From contig NZ_JAUNVZ010000001.1 of NCBI RefSeq assembly GCF_030540545.1, positions 290,130 to 354,129 on the forward strand: a DNA stretch of 64,000 nt. The letters run 5' to 3'. This document shows, piece by piece, positions 11,162 through 19,396 of the stretch; the first letter of the stretch is position 1, and every line of letters starts with the position of its first letter. Made by a program: the position numbers and the translations under genes. The notes beneath the pieces are model-generated. The model was not told where the DNA came from, ran no database searches, and worked only from the letters and a program-made list of their open reading frames with translations. Source of the DNA: Rothia sp. (in: high G+C Gram-positive bacteria) (GTDB lineage Bacteria; Actinomycetota; Actinomycetes; Actinomycetales; Micrococcaceae).

Positions 11162-11251
11162 GGATATAAAGGTAGTGTGTTATCTGGCTCCGGCTATCGG
11201 TTGGGCTGGATAATCTGACAGACCATATACACCGTACTGAAAGAGAGAGTT

Positions 11252-12541
11252 ATGAGCATCCCACCGCCCAATAACGCACCCCAGCCCGGTTCTGAACCTC
11301 AGAACACTGCACCCCAGGCACCTGCAGGCGCTGTGCCTGCGGTACCTCCGACTCCCGCTGGCGCTCCCGCTCCGGGCGCACCCCAGGGCGGTTACGGCTA
11401 CGACCCGAATGCTCAGGCATCCTACCCGCAGCAGGCACAGCAGCCCTACGCTCAGGATCCCAACGCTCCCTTCGTACCCCCGGCATATCAGCAGCAGCCC
11501 GGTCAGCCCTACGGTCAGGACGCCTACGCAGCGGGCCCTGGCGGCTACGCTCAGCCCACCGGCGGTTACGCACCCTATAGCCAGTACCCGCAGGAGCCTG
11601 CCGAGAAGAAGCCGATCTGGCCTTGGATTGCCGGCGGTTCCGGTCTGCTGGTTATTGTTCTGGTTCTGGTGCTTGTGCTGGTCTTTAGCATGAACGGCAA
11701 GAGCACCCCGGATGCACCCGTGACCACGGCAGCAGATACCACCAGCGCATCCGCAGAAACTTCTAGTGCTTCTGCTTCGGCGTCCTCGAGCTCCAGCAGC
11801 TCTTCCTCTGCTAGCGCGAGCGCTTCGGCATCCTCTAGCTCTTCTTCTGCGTCAGCACCCCAGGCTAGTGGCGATAAGCTGCCTCGTTACGCTCCCGATG
11901 GCGCGAAGAACGACGATAAGGTCAAGGTCAAGGTCACCGCTAAGGTGACCGGCAAGGCTAAGATCCGTTACGGCGCTTCCGGTTCCACCAGCACCGAAGA
12001 AGTTACTAATAGCGAGTTTGTGAAAGAAGCCGAAGTCACCCGTAAAGATGGCTACGATCTGGACGTTAGCGCTGACTACAATGATGATGCAGCTGAGGTG
12101 AGCTGTGCTCTGAGCGTTAATGATCAGGTGATTTCTCGTTACTCTGCTAAGGGTGCTAGCTCCTCGGTACAGTGCTCGATTCCGATGGAACACAAGATGC
12201 CCGAGCTCTACAACCGCGACTACATGCGCAAGGGCAGCGACTACGAGGGTGAAGAGGTAAACATCGAGGCGAAGGTTACTAGCAATGGTAATGTCCGTCT
12301 CTCCTACGGTCCCACCGAGGCAAGCAACCGTATTAAGCACAAGGGCGATTGGTCCACCACTGCAAAGCAGGAACGTCGCGAGAGCTATAGCGTATATGTG
12401 ACGTCCAGCTATGAAGATGGCGCAACCGAGATGAGCTGCACCATTCTGGTCAACGGCAAGGAAGTTGCTAAGAATACTGCAACGGGTAAGAACAGCAATG
12501 TAACCTGCACTATTCCTTACGAAGCTCGCCATAAGAGCTAA
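11252..12541 (+). CDS. Membrane protein with two tandem MmpS domains (paralog 4)
   Basis: P/Q/Y/G-rich N-terminus, KPIWPW-TM, poly-Ser linker, two domains each with xSCxxxVN...VxC. Confidence 0.75.
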   Translation: MSIPPPNNAPQPGSEPQNTAPQAPAGAVPAVPPTPAGAPAPGAPQGGYGYDPNAQASYPQQAQQPYAQDPNAPFVPPAYQQQPGQPYGQDAYAAGPGGYAQPTGGYAPYSQYPQEPAEKKPIWPWIAGGSGLLVIVLVLVLVLVFSMNGKSTPDAPVTTAADTTSASAETSSASASASSSSSSSSSASASASASSSSSSASAPQASGDKLPRYAPDGAKNDDKVKVKVTAKVTGKAKIRYGASGSTSTEEVTNSEFVKEAEVTRKDGYDLDVSADYNDDAAEVSCALSVNDQVISRYSAKGASSSVQCSIPMEHKMPELYNRDYMRKGSDYEGEEVNIEAKVTSNGNVRLSYGPTEASNRIKHKGDWSTTAKQERRESYSVYVTSSYEDGATEMSCTILVNGKEVAKNTATGKNSNVTCTIPYEARHKS

Positions 12542-12566
12542 AAGCTACTATTCCTCGCGCATAATA

Positions 12567-12613
12567 TACACTCATGGGTTTTTAGGTATACGTCCTAGAA
12601 ACCCATGAGTGTA
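12567..12613 (+). terminator. Hairpin after MmpS paralog 4
   Basis: TACACTCATGGGTTT...AAACCCATGAGTGTA. Confidence 0.7.
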
Positions 12614-12799
12614 TCTTAATCTTGAGCTGAGATTTAGGGTTAATAAACTAAGGATGTACTGGCTAAAAACCCGCGAAATTCCGCGGATTTTTAGGGATTT
12701 TCACCGCTTCGACAAGGACGTAGAAAAATACTGTGAAGAGCTGGCGTTTTGACGCCCAAAATCCACACATAGACATACAAAAATTGTTAGGATAATTCC

Positions 12800-13827
12800 A
12801 TGAACACTAAGAAACTCACTTCTTTTGGCGCAGCAGCCGCGCTGACCCTCTCCATGAGCGGTGCAGCTCTGGCTCCCGTCATTGCTGTCGAACCCGCCGT
12901 TGTAAGCACTGCAGCCGGTGCCTCCGTAGGTAGCGGCCAGGTGCAGCTGTCCAGCACCTGGAACCAGGGCGAAGCCCTGACCATTGCGGGCACTAACTTT
13001 CTGAACGCTACTGGCCAGCCCGTTGAGGTTATTATTGCCTTCGCCGGCCCCAATGGTGTGATCACCGTTAACGGCCAGCAGGCATTTAGCGTAACCGCGG
13101 ATGCCGCCGGTGCTTTACTATCAGCGTACCCTGGGATGAGGCACTGACCGACCAGGTCTCTGTGAGCGTATACGTTGGCCCCTCCGATCTGTCCATTTCT
13201 CCCGTGGTTGTGGGTCAGGTCAGCATTGTGAAGGCAACCCCGACCGAGCAGCCCAGCGAGCAGCCCACCGAGGCTCCGACTACCGCTCCGAGCGAGGCTC
13301 CTTCTGAGGCTCCCAGTGAGGCACCGTCGGAACAGCCCACCCAGGAGCCGACTGCCGCTCCCACTGAGCAGCCCACCGTAGCTCCCAGCGCTTCCTCGAG
13401 TGCATCTGCTGAGGCTAGTGCCTCTGCGTCTACTTCTGCGCCCGAAGCTGACGCGGATGTAGCAATCCACGAGGATGCCGCTGGAGATAAGATGGAATCT
13501 GCGGAGAACGGCGAGTCCACCCGTTTCGCTAATTGCCGCGAGGTGCGCGAGGCAGGCCTGGCGCCGATTCGCTCCGATCACCCGGACTTCCGCAAGAAGT
13601 TCGACCGCGATAATGACGGTATTGGTTGCGAGTCTGACTCCGACTGGGGTCGTAGCTCCTCCTCTTCTGATTCCTCGAGCACCGGTGGTTCTTCGACCAC
13701 TACCTCCAGCTCTTCGGGCTCCCTGGCTAAGACCGGTGCTAATGGTGTAGCAAGCGCCGCAGGCCTGGGTCTGCTGGCACTGGGTGCAGGTGCTGCTGTT
13801 ATCGTGCGTGCACGCCGCCAGAGCTAA
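12800..13827 (+). pseudogene. Sortase-anchored (LAKTG) surface protein with Excalibur Ca-binding domain, split by a 1-bp deletion
   Basis: Track ORFs 12800..13147 (signal peptide) and 13162..13827 join if TTT at 13114-13116 is TTTT (GAFTISVPWDEALTDQVSV); FANCREVR...DRDNDGIGCE Excalibur motif; LAKTG-TM-RARRQS sorting signal; TEQP/SEAP stalk. Confidence 0.8.
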
Positions 13828-13920
13828 CAGGGCGCGTACACGTCGCCAGAGCTAAGTATTAGCATAATTGCATATATATGTGTTTTGGGTGTGCCTAGCG
13901 TTCAGTTGAGCCTCATCCAG

Positions 13921-13948
13921 CACAGCTAAAACACAGCAATCGAACAGC
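13921..13948 (+). promoter_or_regulatory. PhoP-type direct repeats upstream of the DUF4956-VTC operon
   Basis: CACAGC (13921), CACAGC (13932), AACAGC (13943) at 11-bp period; a second pair CACAGG/CACAGA at 14026/14037. Confidence 0.55.
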
Positions 13949-14115
13949 CCCCACTTGGCAAAATGCCGGGTGGGGGCTGTTTTGCGTCCAAAAATAACGA
14001 AAACTTATACAGAGAAAACCCTAAACACAGGCGAGGCACAGATTCGGGCGGAAAGATAGAACTAAGCAGAAACGGGGCACACCCGATACAACACGAAGTA
14101 CAACGAAAGAAGAAG

Positions 14116-14733
14116 ATGATGACCTTCCTGCCTATGGCAATCGCCGACCTACTGGCCATCGCGGCATTGTGCACCATCTACCTGATGCGCCACCGTAACC
14201 GCGAAATGGCACTGTCCTACACCATTATCAATGTGGGTGTCTTCGCCGTTACCGTAGCCATGGCAAGCGCCTCCACCACCAGCGCGGCGCTGGGGCTGGG
14301 ACTCTTCGGTGTCCTTTCCATTATCCGCCTGCGCTCCACTGCCTTGAGCCAGCGGGAAGTTGCCTACTACTTCGTGGCTCTGGCAATGGGTCTGATTGCA
14401 GGTATCAATATTGACCCCGCTTATATCGCCTATAGCCTGATGGGTCTGCTGCTGGTCATTATGGCACTGGCAGACGGCAGCATTAAGAGTACTGCTCAGA
14501 AGAGCCAGATTATTACCGTAGACCGCGCTCTTAGCCGTGAAGAAGAGATTATTGCTTATCTGAATGCACGCCTGGGCTACTCGATCAGCTCCGTAAGCAT
14601 TAAAGAAATTGACCTGATCAACGATAAGACTATCGCTGAGATTCAGTACAGTGTACCGGCATATGCACCGGTAGAAGCAGCGCAGAGTGCACCGGCTGCT
14701 CTAAGCGCCACCCGCGTACCCGCAGCCTACTAA
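14116..14733 (+). CDS. DUF4956-family membrane protein
   Basis: INVGVFAV, GLGLFGVLSIIRLRS, REVAYYFVALAMGL motifs, several TM helices, soluble C-terminus; position before a VTC gene; likely start ATG 14116. Confidence 0.8.
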   Translation: MMTFLPMAIADLLAIAALCTIYLMRHRNREMALSYTIINVGVFAVTVAMASASTTSAALGLGLFGVLSIIRLRSTALSQREVAYYFVALAMGLIAGINIDPAYIAYSLMGLLLVIMALADGSIKSTAQKSQIITVDRALSREEEIIAYLNARLGYSISSVSIKEIDLINDKTIAEIQYSVPAYAPVEAAQSAPAALSATRVPAAY

Positions 14734-14774
14734 AGATGTATAGACCCGTTATACGGGTTACTTAAGGAGAGAAA

Positions 14775-15743
14775 ATGCGCCCTTTTGAAACAATCACCCA
14801 CCCGAATTGGCAGAACACTATCGCCACCGCATTTTCTCCGCGCCCAACCACCAGAGAGGATATCAAAATGGCACTCGTACCCACCTACTGGCAGAGCATT
14901 AGCCTGGAGGACATGAACGCTAAGGCCGCCATGCAAACCCGAATCGACCGCAAGTACATTGTCGAGGCACGCTACGCGGCGGCAGTCATGGCAGAGCTGA
15001 ACGCGGATGCCGCCGTCATGGAAATCAACGGCCAGCGTGAGTTCTCCTACGACTCGGTCTACTTCGATACCCCCTCCCTGGCAAGCTACCGCGCTGCCGC
15101 AACCGGTCGCCGCAACCGCTTCAAGGTGCGTACCCGCAGCTACCTGGATAGCGATTTGAGCTTCCTGGAAGTCAAGACTGAGGGTGAGCGCGCCATGACC
15201 GTAAAGGAACGCATCCCCTACCAGATTGAAAACCGCGACCGCCTGACCCGCGAAGGCCTGGACTATGTTGCCGAATCCCTAACCGGACTGCTGGAAGAAC
15301 CCGTGACCAATCTGGAACCGGTACTGACCACCGAATACAAGCGAACCACGGTGTTTTTGCCCCAGAGCCAAGAGAACCCGGTGGACTCGCGCATGACCGT
15401 GGATACCTCCCTGGCGTGGACCTCCCTGAGCGAAAACGCCCTGCTGTACAACGTGGACTTCGGTAACTACCACGGCCGTACCCTGGGTACCCGCTACACC
15501 GCACCGGGCATGGTCATTATTGAAACCAAATCCGGTACCGCCCCCTCGGTTGCCGATAAGCACCTGTGGAGCGCGGGAATCCGCCCGGTGAAGATCTCCA
15601 AATTTGCTACCGGCATGGCTGCGCTGAACCCGCAGCTGCCCGCCAATAAGTGGAATCGCGTGATTGAGCGCTGGATGCAGCTCTCCCCGCAGGGTGTGCC
15701 CCTGCAGGATCCGATCAGTGCGGCTATTCCGCTGGTTCGCTAA
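14775..15743 (+). CDS. VTC (CYTH-like polyphosphate polymerase domain) protein
   Basis: RIDRKYIV, SVYFDT, RFKVRTRSY, FLEVK, RMTVD, IIETK, SKF tunnel motifs; start may be ATG 14868. Confidence 0.85.
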   Translation: MRPFETITHPNWQNTIATAFSPRPTTREDIKMALVPTYWQSISLEDMNAKAAMQTRIDRKYIVEARYAAAVMAELNADAAVMEINGQREFSYDSVYFDTPSLASYRAAATGRRNRFKVRTRSYLDSDLSFLEVKTEGERAMTVKERIPYQIENRDRLTREGLDYVAESLTGLLEEPVTNLEPVLTTEYKRTTVFLPQSQENPVDSRMTVDTSLAWTSLSENALLYNVDFGNYHGRTLGTRYTAPGMVIIETKSGTAPSVADKHLWSAGIRPVKISKFATGMAALNPQLPANKWNRVIERWMQLSPQGVPLQDPISAAIPLVR

Positions 15744-15789
15744 ATACTTTTGATATAAAACTCACTCACTTATAGAAGGAACATTCTCT

Positions 15790-17478
15790 ATGATGAACGC
15801 CAATATTCCTAATACTCCTCAGCCGACCAAGAAGAGCTGGCAGGTAGCCACCGGCGCCGCCCTGATCGCTTCCTTAGCGCTCGCGGGCTGCTCGGCAACC
15901 GGCACCAACCTCGCTGCAAGCACCTCGGGTGCCAACGCGACAAGCTCCTCCAGCGCGGCGGCAAGCAGCGATAGCGGCGCCTCCTCGAGTTCGCTCTCCT
16001 ACACCAAGAGCGGCCAGAAACTGGATGTAAAAACCCACTACTCCGCCAAGGATAGCCAGGTAGACGCCTCGAATGCGACCGCCGTGAACCTCTCCTCGCC
16101 CAGCGCCACCACCGGCGTGAGCGTAGAAAATGGTGTGATCACCATTAACGCCGCCGGCACCTATAAGCTCTCGGGCGAATACAGCGGCCAGATCAAGGTC
16201 GAGGTAACCAAGAACGACAAGGTCACTCTAATCCTGGACAACGCCACTATTAGCAATAGCTCCGGCGCTGCCATCAATATTGTGCAGGCAGATGAAGTGG
16301 TACTCTACACCGCATCCGGCACCACCAATACCATCAGCGACGGCTCCAGCTATAGCGCGACCGGTGAGAATGACCCGGACGCAGCCATCTACTCCAAGGC
16401 CGATCTGACCCTTGCCGGTGAAGGTAACCTGAAGGTCACCGGCTCCTATCAGGAAGGTATTCACACCAAGGACGGGCTGGTAATTGCCGGCGGCACGGTT
16501 GATGTCACCGCCAAGAACACCGGTATTAAGGGCAAGGACTACGTGGATATCCTGGGCGGTACTATCAATGTCACCGCACAGCAGGACGGTATTAAGTCCA
16601 CCAACTCCACCGAGGATAACCGCGGCTGGACTCGCATGAGCGGCGGTACCGTGACCATTTCGGCGGGCGATGACGGTTTCAAGGCCGAGCACACCCTGGA
16701 AATCTCCGGCGGTACCCTGAACGTGACCAAGTCCAATGAGGGTATTGAGGCGCAGTACATCAATATTCTGGACGGCACCGTGAACGTCACCAGTAGCGAC
16801 GACGGTATTAATGCCTCCTACACCGAGAGCAGCTCGAGCACTACCTCTACGAGCTCTTCTCAGAATAGTCAGGGCTCGGCGAATGCGCCCGGTGGTATGG
16901 GTCAGCCCCCTGCCGGTTCTCGAGGCGGCAACTCTAATGGCGGCGGTATGGGTAATGGCGGCCCCGGTGGTATGGGCGGCGGCCACGGCACTTTCGCTGT
17001 GGTGGATGCAGCCGTGAATATCCTGGGTGGTACCGTGACCGTCAACGCCAATGGCGACGGTATTGACTCCAATGGCGTCGCAACCCTCTCGGGCGGTACT
17101 GTGACCGTCAACGGTCCTTTCACCGGTGGTAACACCTCCCTGGATACTAATGGCGATCTGCTGCTCAACGGCTCCACCGTGGTTGTAGCAAACGCCGGTG
17201 ATATGTTCGAGGCACCCGCAAGCACTTCCACCAGCGGCTATGTGAAGGTCACCGGCTCCTTTAAACAGGGCTCGACCGTACAGGTTGCCGACTCTTCCGG
17301 CAAGGTGGTGGCGAACTATAAGGTCAGCTCCTCCAGCGCAAAGCTGGTCATGGTCTCCTCGAGCGCCATCACCAAGGGTCAGTCCTACACCGTCTATAGC
17401 ACCACCTCTAGCGTGGACGCGAATGCCACCTCCGTGGCATCCGGCGCCATCAAGGTGGGTACCGTAACCGCCTCCTAA
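15790..17478 (+). CDS. Lipoprotein with Cthe_2159-type beta-helix carbohydrate-binding domain
   Basis: LAGC lipobox; VITINAAGTYKLSG, DAAIYSKADLT and repeated DGI/DGF beta-helix turns; G/M-rich insert; DGIDSNG. Confidence 0.8.
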   Translation: MMNANIPNTPQPTKKSWQVATGAALIASLALAGCSATGTNLAASTSGANATSSSSAAASSDSGASSSSLSYTKSGQKLDVKTHYSAKDSQVDASNATAVNLSSPSATTGVSVENGVITINAAGTYKLSGEYSGQIKVEVTKNDKVTLILDNATISNSSGAAINIVQADEVVLYTASGTTNTISDGSSYSATGENDPDAAIYSKADLTLAGEGNLKVTGSYQEGIHTKDGLVIAGGTVDVTAKNTGIKGKDYVDILGGTINVTAQQDGIKSTNSTEDNRGWTRMSGGTVTISAGDDGFKAEHTLEISGGTLNVTKSNEGIEAQYINILDGTVNVTSSDDGINASYTESSSSTTSTSSSQNSQGSANAPGGMGQPPAGSRGGNSNGGGMGNGGPGGMGGGHGTFAVVDAAVNILGGTVTVNANGDGIDSNGVATLSGGTVTVNGPFTGGNTSLDTNGDLLLNGSTVVVANAGDMFEAPASTSTSGYVKVTGSFKQGSTVQVADSSGKVVANYKVSSSSAKLVMVSSSAITKGQSYTVYSTTSSVDANATSVASGAIKVGTVTAS

Positions 17479-17493
17479 TAGCGACAGAAGCTA

Positions 17494-17524
17494 CGCCCGC
17501 TCTCGATACTCTCGAGAGCGGGCG
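17494..17524 (+). terminator. Hairpin ending the DUF4956-VTC-lipoprotein operon
   Basis: CGCCCGCTCTCGA...TCGAGAGCGGGCG. Confidence 0.6.
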
Positions 17525-17798
17525 CGGCGGTTAATAGGGGCAGCGGGAAGCGATGTGAAAATAAAACGCTCATTCTTCGTGAGCCCGCTCTGCTCAAGCC
17601 AGCCGCCTTAAAGAGCGATGAAGCGGAATAATATATGCCTGCACAGCCATAATTTGAGGAAAAGCGCATAAATATCGCCCGCGAACAAGACAGAAGGCGG
17701 GTTAACAAGGTACCCTGTATAGAGAGAAAAGACTGTTAAACGATCCGCGCGCACTCCTAACGTGCACAGCGGACAGGATGGAAGAAGGGGGTCACGCC

Positions 17799-18011
17799 AT
17801 GGGGCGCGGCCGTCAGAAGGCTAAGGCAACTCGTCAGGCTCGAGAGATGAAGTACTCCATTCTCGAAACCGACTATAGCGCACTCGAGCGCGAGCTCAGC
17901 GGCGCAAAGAAAAGCGACACCTCCGCAAAGTCGACCCGTCGTGCACGCGATGAGGACGACGACTACTCAGCATACGCTGAGAAATACGCCAACTACGGCG
18001 ACGAGGACTAA
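17799..18011 (+). CDS. DUF3073 small actinobacterial protein
   Basis: MGRGRQKAKATRQAREMKYS signature; usual neighbour of purM. Confidence 0.85.
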   Translation: MGRGRQKAKATRQAREMKYSILETDYSALERELSGAKKSDTSAKSTRRARDEDDDYSAYAEKYANYGDED

Positions 18012-18028
18012 TCGCTTCATATAGCACC

Positions 18029-18059
18029 CCGGCGGATACCCACGGTATCCGCCGGTTTT
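18029..18059 (+). terminator. Intrinsic terminator after DUF3073
   Basis: CCGGCGGATACC-CAC-GGTATCCGCCGG-TTTT. Confidence 0.75.
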
Positions 18060-18134
18060 ACTTTAAGTTTCTCAACCACTCGCACAGAAAACACACCCAA
18101 ACTAAGAAGAGCATAAACACAGCACAAGTTCCTG

Positions 18135-18318
18135 CACAGCAAAAGCACAGATATACAAAGAATGTATAGACTATACGACTAAAGTCTGCTCCTAGTGAGG
18201 CGTAAAACCTAGCTAGAGCATCGGTCAAACACAGCTAAAAAGCCCGGAAAATCAAGGAAGATACGGGGTGCAACTACAGGGGTGCACCTAAAAATGTAGC
18301 TCATAGCCGGTGCATAGC
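18135..18318 (+). promoter_or_regulatory. PhoP-type direct repeats upstream of the NAGPA-GT2 operon
   Basis: CACAGC/CACAGA at 18135/18146, CATAGC/CATAGC at 18302/18313 (11-bp period), and CACAGCTAAAA at 18230, identical to 13921. Confidence 0.45.
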
Positions 18319-18361
18319 TTCTACACGATAAACACAAAAACTAGCCTGCGATTCTAGAACC

Positions 18362-19393
18362 ATGAACAACGCAGAAAACACTCAGGTACAGAACATTCAG
18401 GCAAACGACGCAGAGCAGAAAAAAGCTCAGCGCAAGAAAATTACTCGACGCGCACTCATCGGCGGCGGCGCAGCAACCCTGGCAGTAGCCGGCGGCGGCG
18501 CACTCTGGGCATACGACCGGTATCTGGCCGAACACACCCAAATCTCAGACACCACCGCCTACGAGGCAGCACAGCGCTCCTCCAACGCAACGGCAGGCAA
18601 TAGCGCAGCAGCAAGCACCGAAGCCCTCACCGGCGTGAAGGTCAGCGACAAAACCCTCACCGCCAATGAAGGCTCGATCAGCATCAAGACCGTGGTCGAA
18701 GGCAGCGGATCCAACCAGATCACCAGCTACTACGCCGAAGCCAAACTGAACGACGCAACCCTGCTACGCGGCGCATTCGCCAATAATAAATTCGGCCAGA
18801 ACATTATTGACACGCCCAGCAATATCTCCAGTCAGCATAATGGCGTCTTCGCCATCAACGGCGACTACTACGGCTTCCGCACCACCGGCATTGTCATCCG
18901 AAACGGCGTAGCCTACCGTGACGCCGGTGCTCGCGAAGGTATGGCGTTCTACCGTGACGGCAGCGTAAAAATTTACGACGAAACCGCCACCAACGCCCAG
19001 ACTCTCATCAATGAGGGCGTGTGGAACACCCTCTCCTTCGGCCCGGCACTGGTCAAGGACAGCCAGGTCGTTAGCGGTATCGACTCGGTCGAGGTGGACA
19101 CCAACTTCGGTAACCACTCCATCCAGGGCAACCAGCCGCGAACCGGTATCGGTGTACTGGGGAAAAATCACTTCCTGTTCATCGTCACCGACGGCCGCTC
19201 CCAGGGCTACTCGCGCGGCGTGACCATGCCCGAATTCGCCCAAATGTTCAAGGACGCTGGATGCACCGCCGCCTACAACCTCGACGGCGGGTTCTCCTCC
19301 GCCATGGTCTTCAACGGCTCCCTGGTCAATAAGCCCGGCGGCGGCACCAAGGAACGCGGCACCAGCGACATTCTCTACATTGCGAAAGCATAA
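18362..19393 (+). CDS. Phosphodiester glycosidase (NAGPA-domain) exported protein
   Basis: AINGDYY, SFGPALV, QPRTGIG, DGRS, YNLDGGFSS motifs; twin-arginine-like TRRALIGG signal. Confidence 0.85.
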   Translation: MNNAENTQVQNIQANDAEQKKAQRKKITRRALIGGGAATLAVAGGGALWAYDRYLAEHTQISDTTAYEAAQRSSNATAGNSAAASTEALTGVKVSDKTLTANEGSISIKTVVEGSGSNQITSYYAEAKLNDATLLRGAFANNKFGQNIIDTPSNISSQHNGVFAINGDYYGFRTTGIVIRNGVAYRDAGAREGMAFYRDGSVKIYDETATNAQTLINEGVWNTLSFGPALVKDSQVVSGIDSVEVDTNFGNHSIQGNQPRTGIGVLGKNHFLFIVTDGRSQGYSRGVTMPEFAQMFKDAGCTAAYNLDGGFSSAMVFNGSLVNKPGGGTKERGTSDILYIAKA

Positions 19394-19396
19394 ACC

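Noticed and set aside
13240-13390. Short tandem repeats that might suggest a CRISPR array or VNTR locus
   Set aside because: In-frame 12-bp coding repeats for a P/T/E stalk; no spacers and no cas genes
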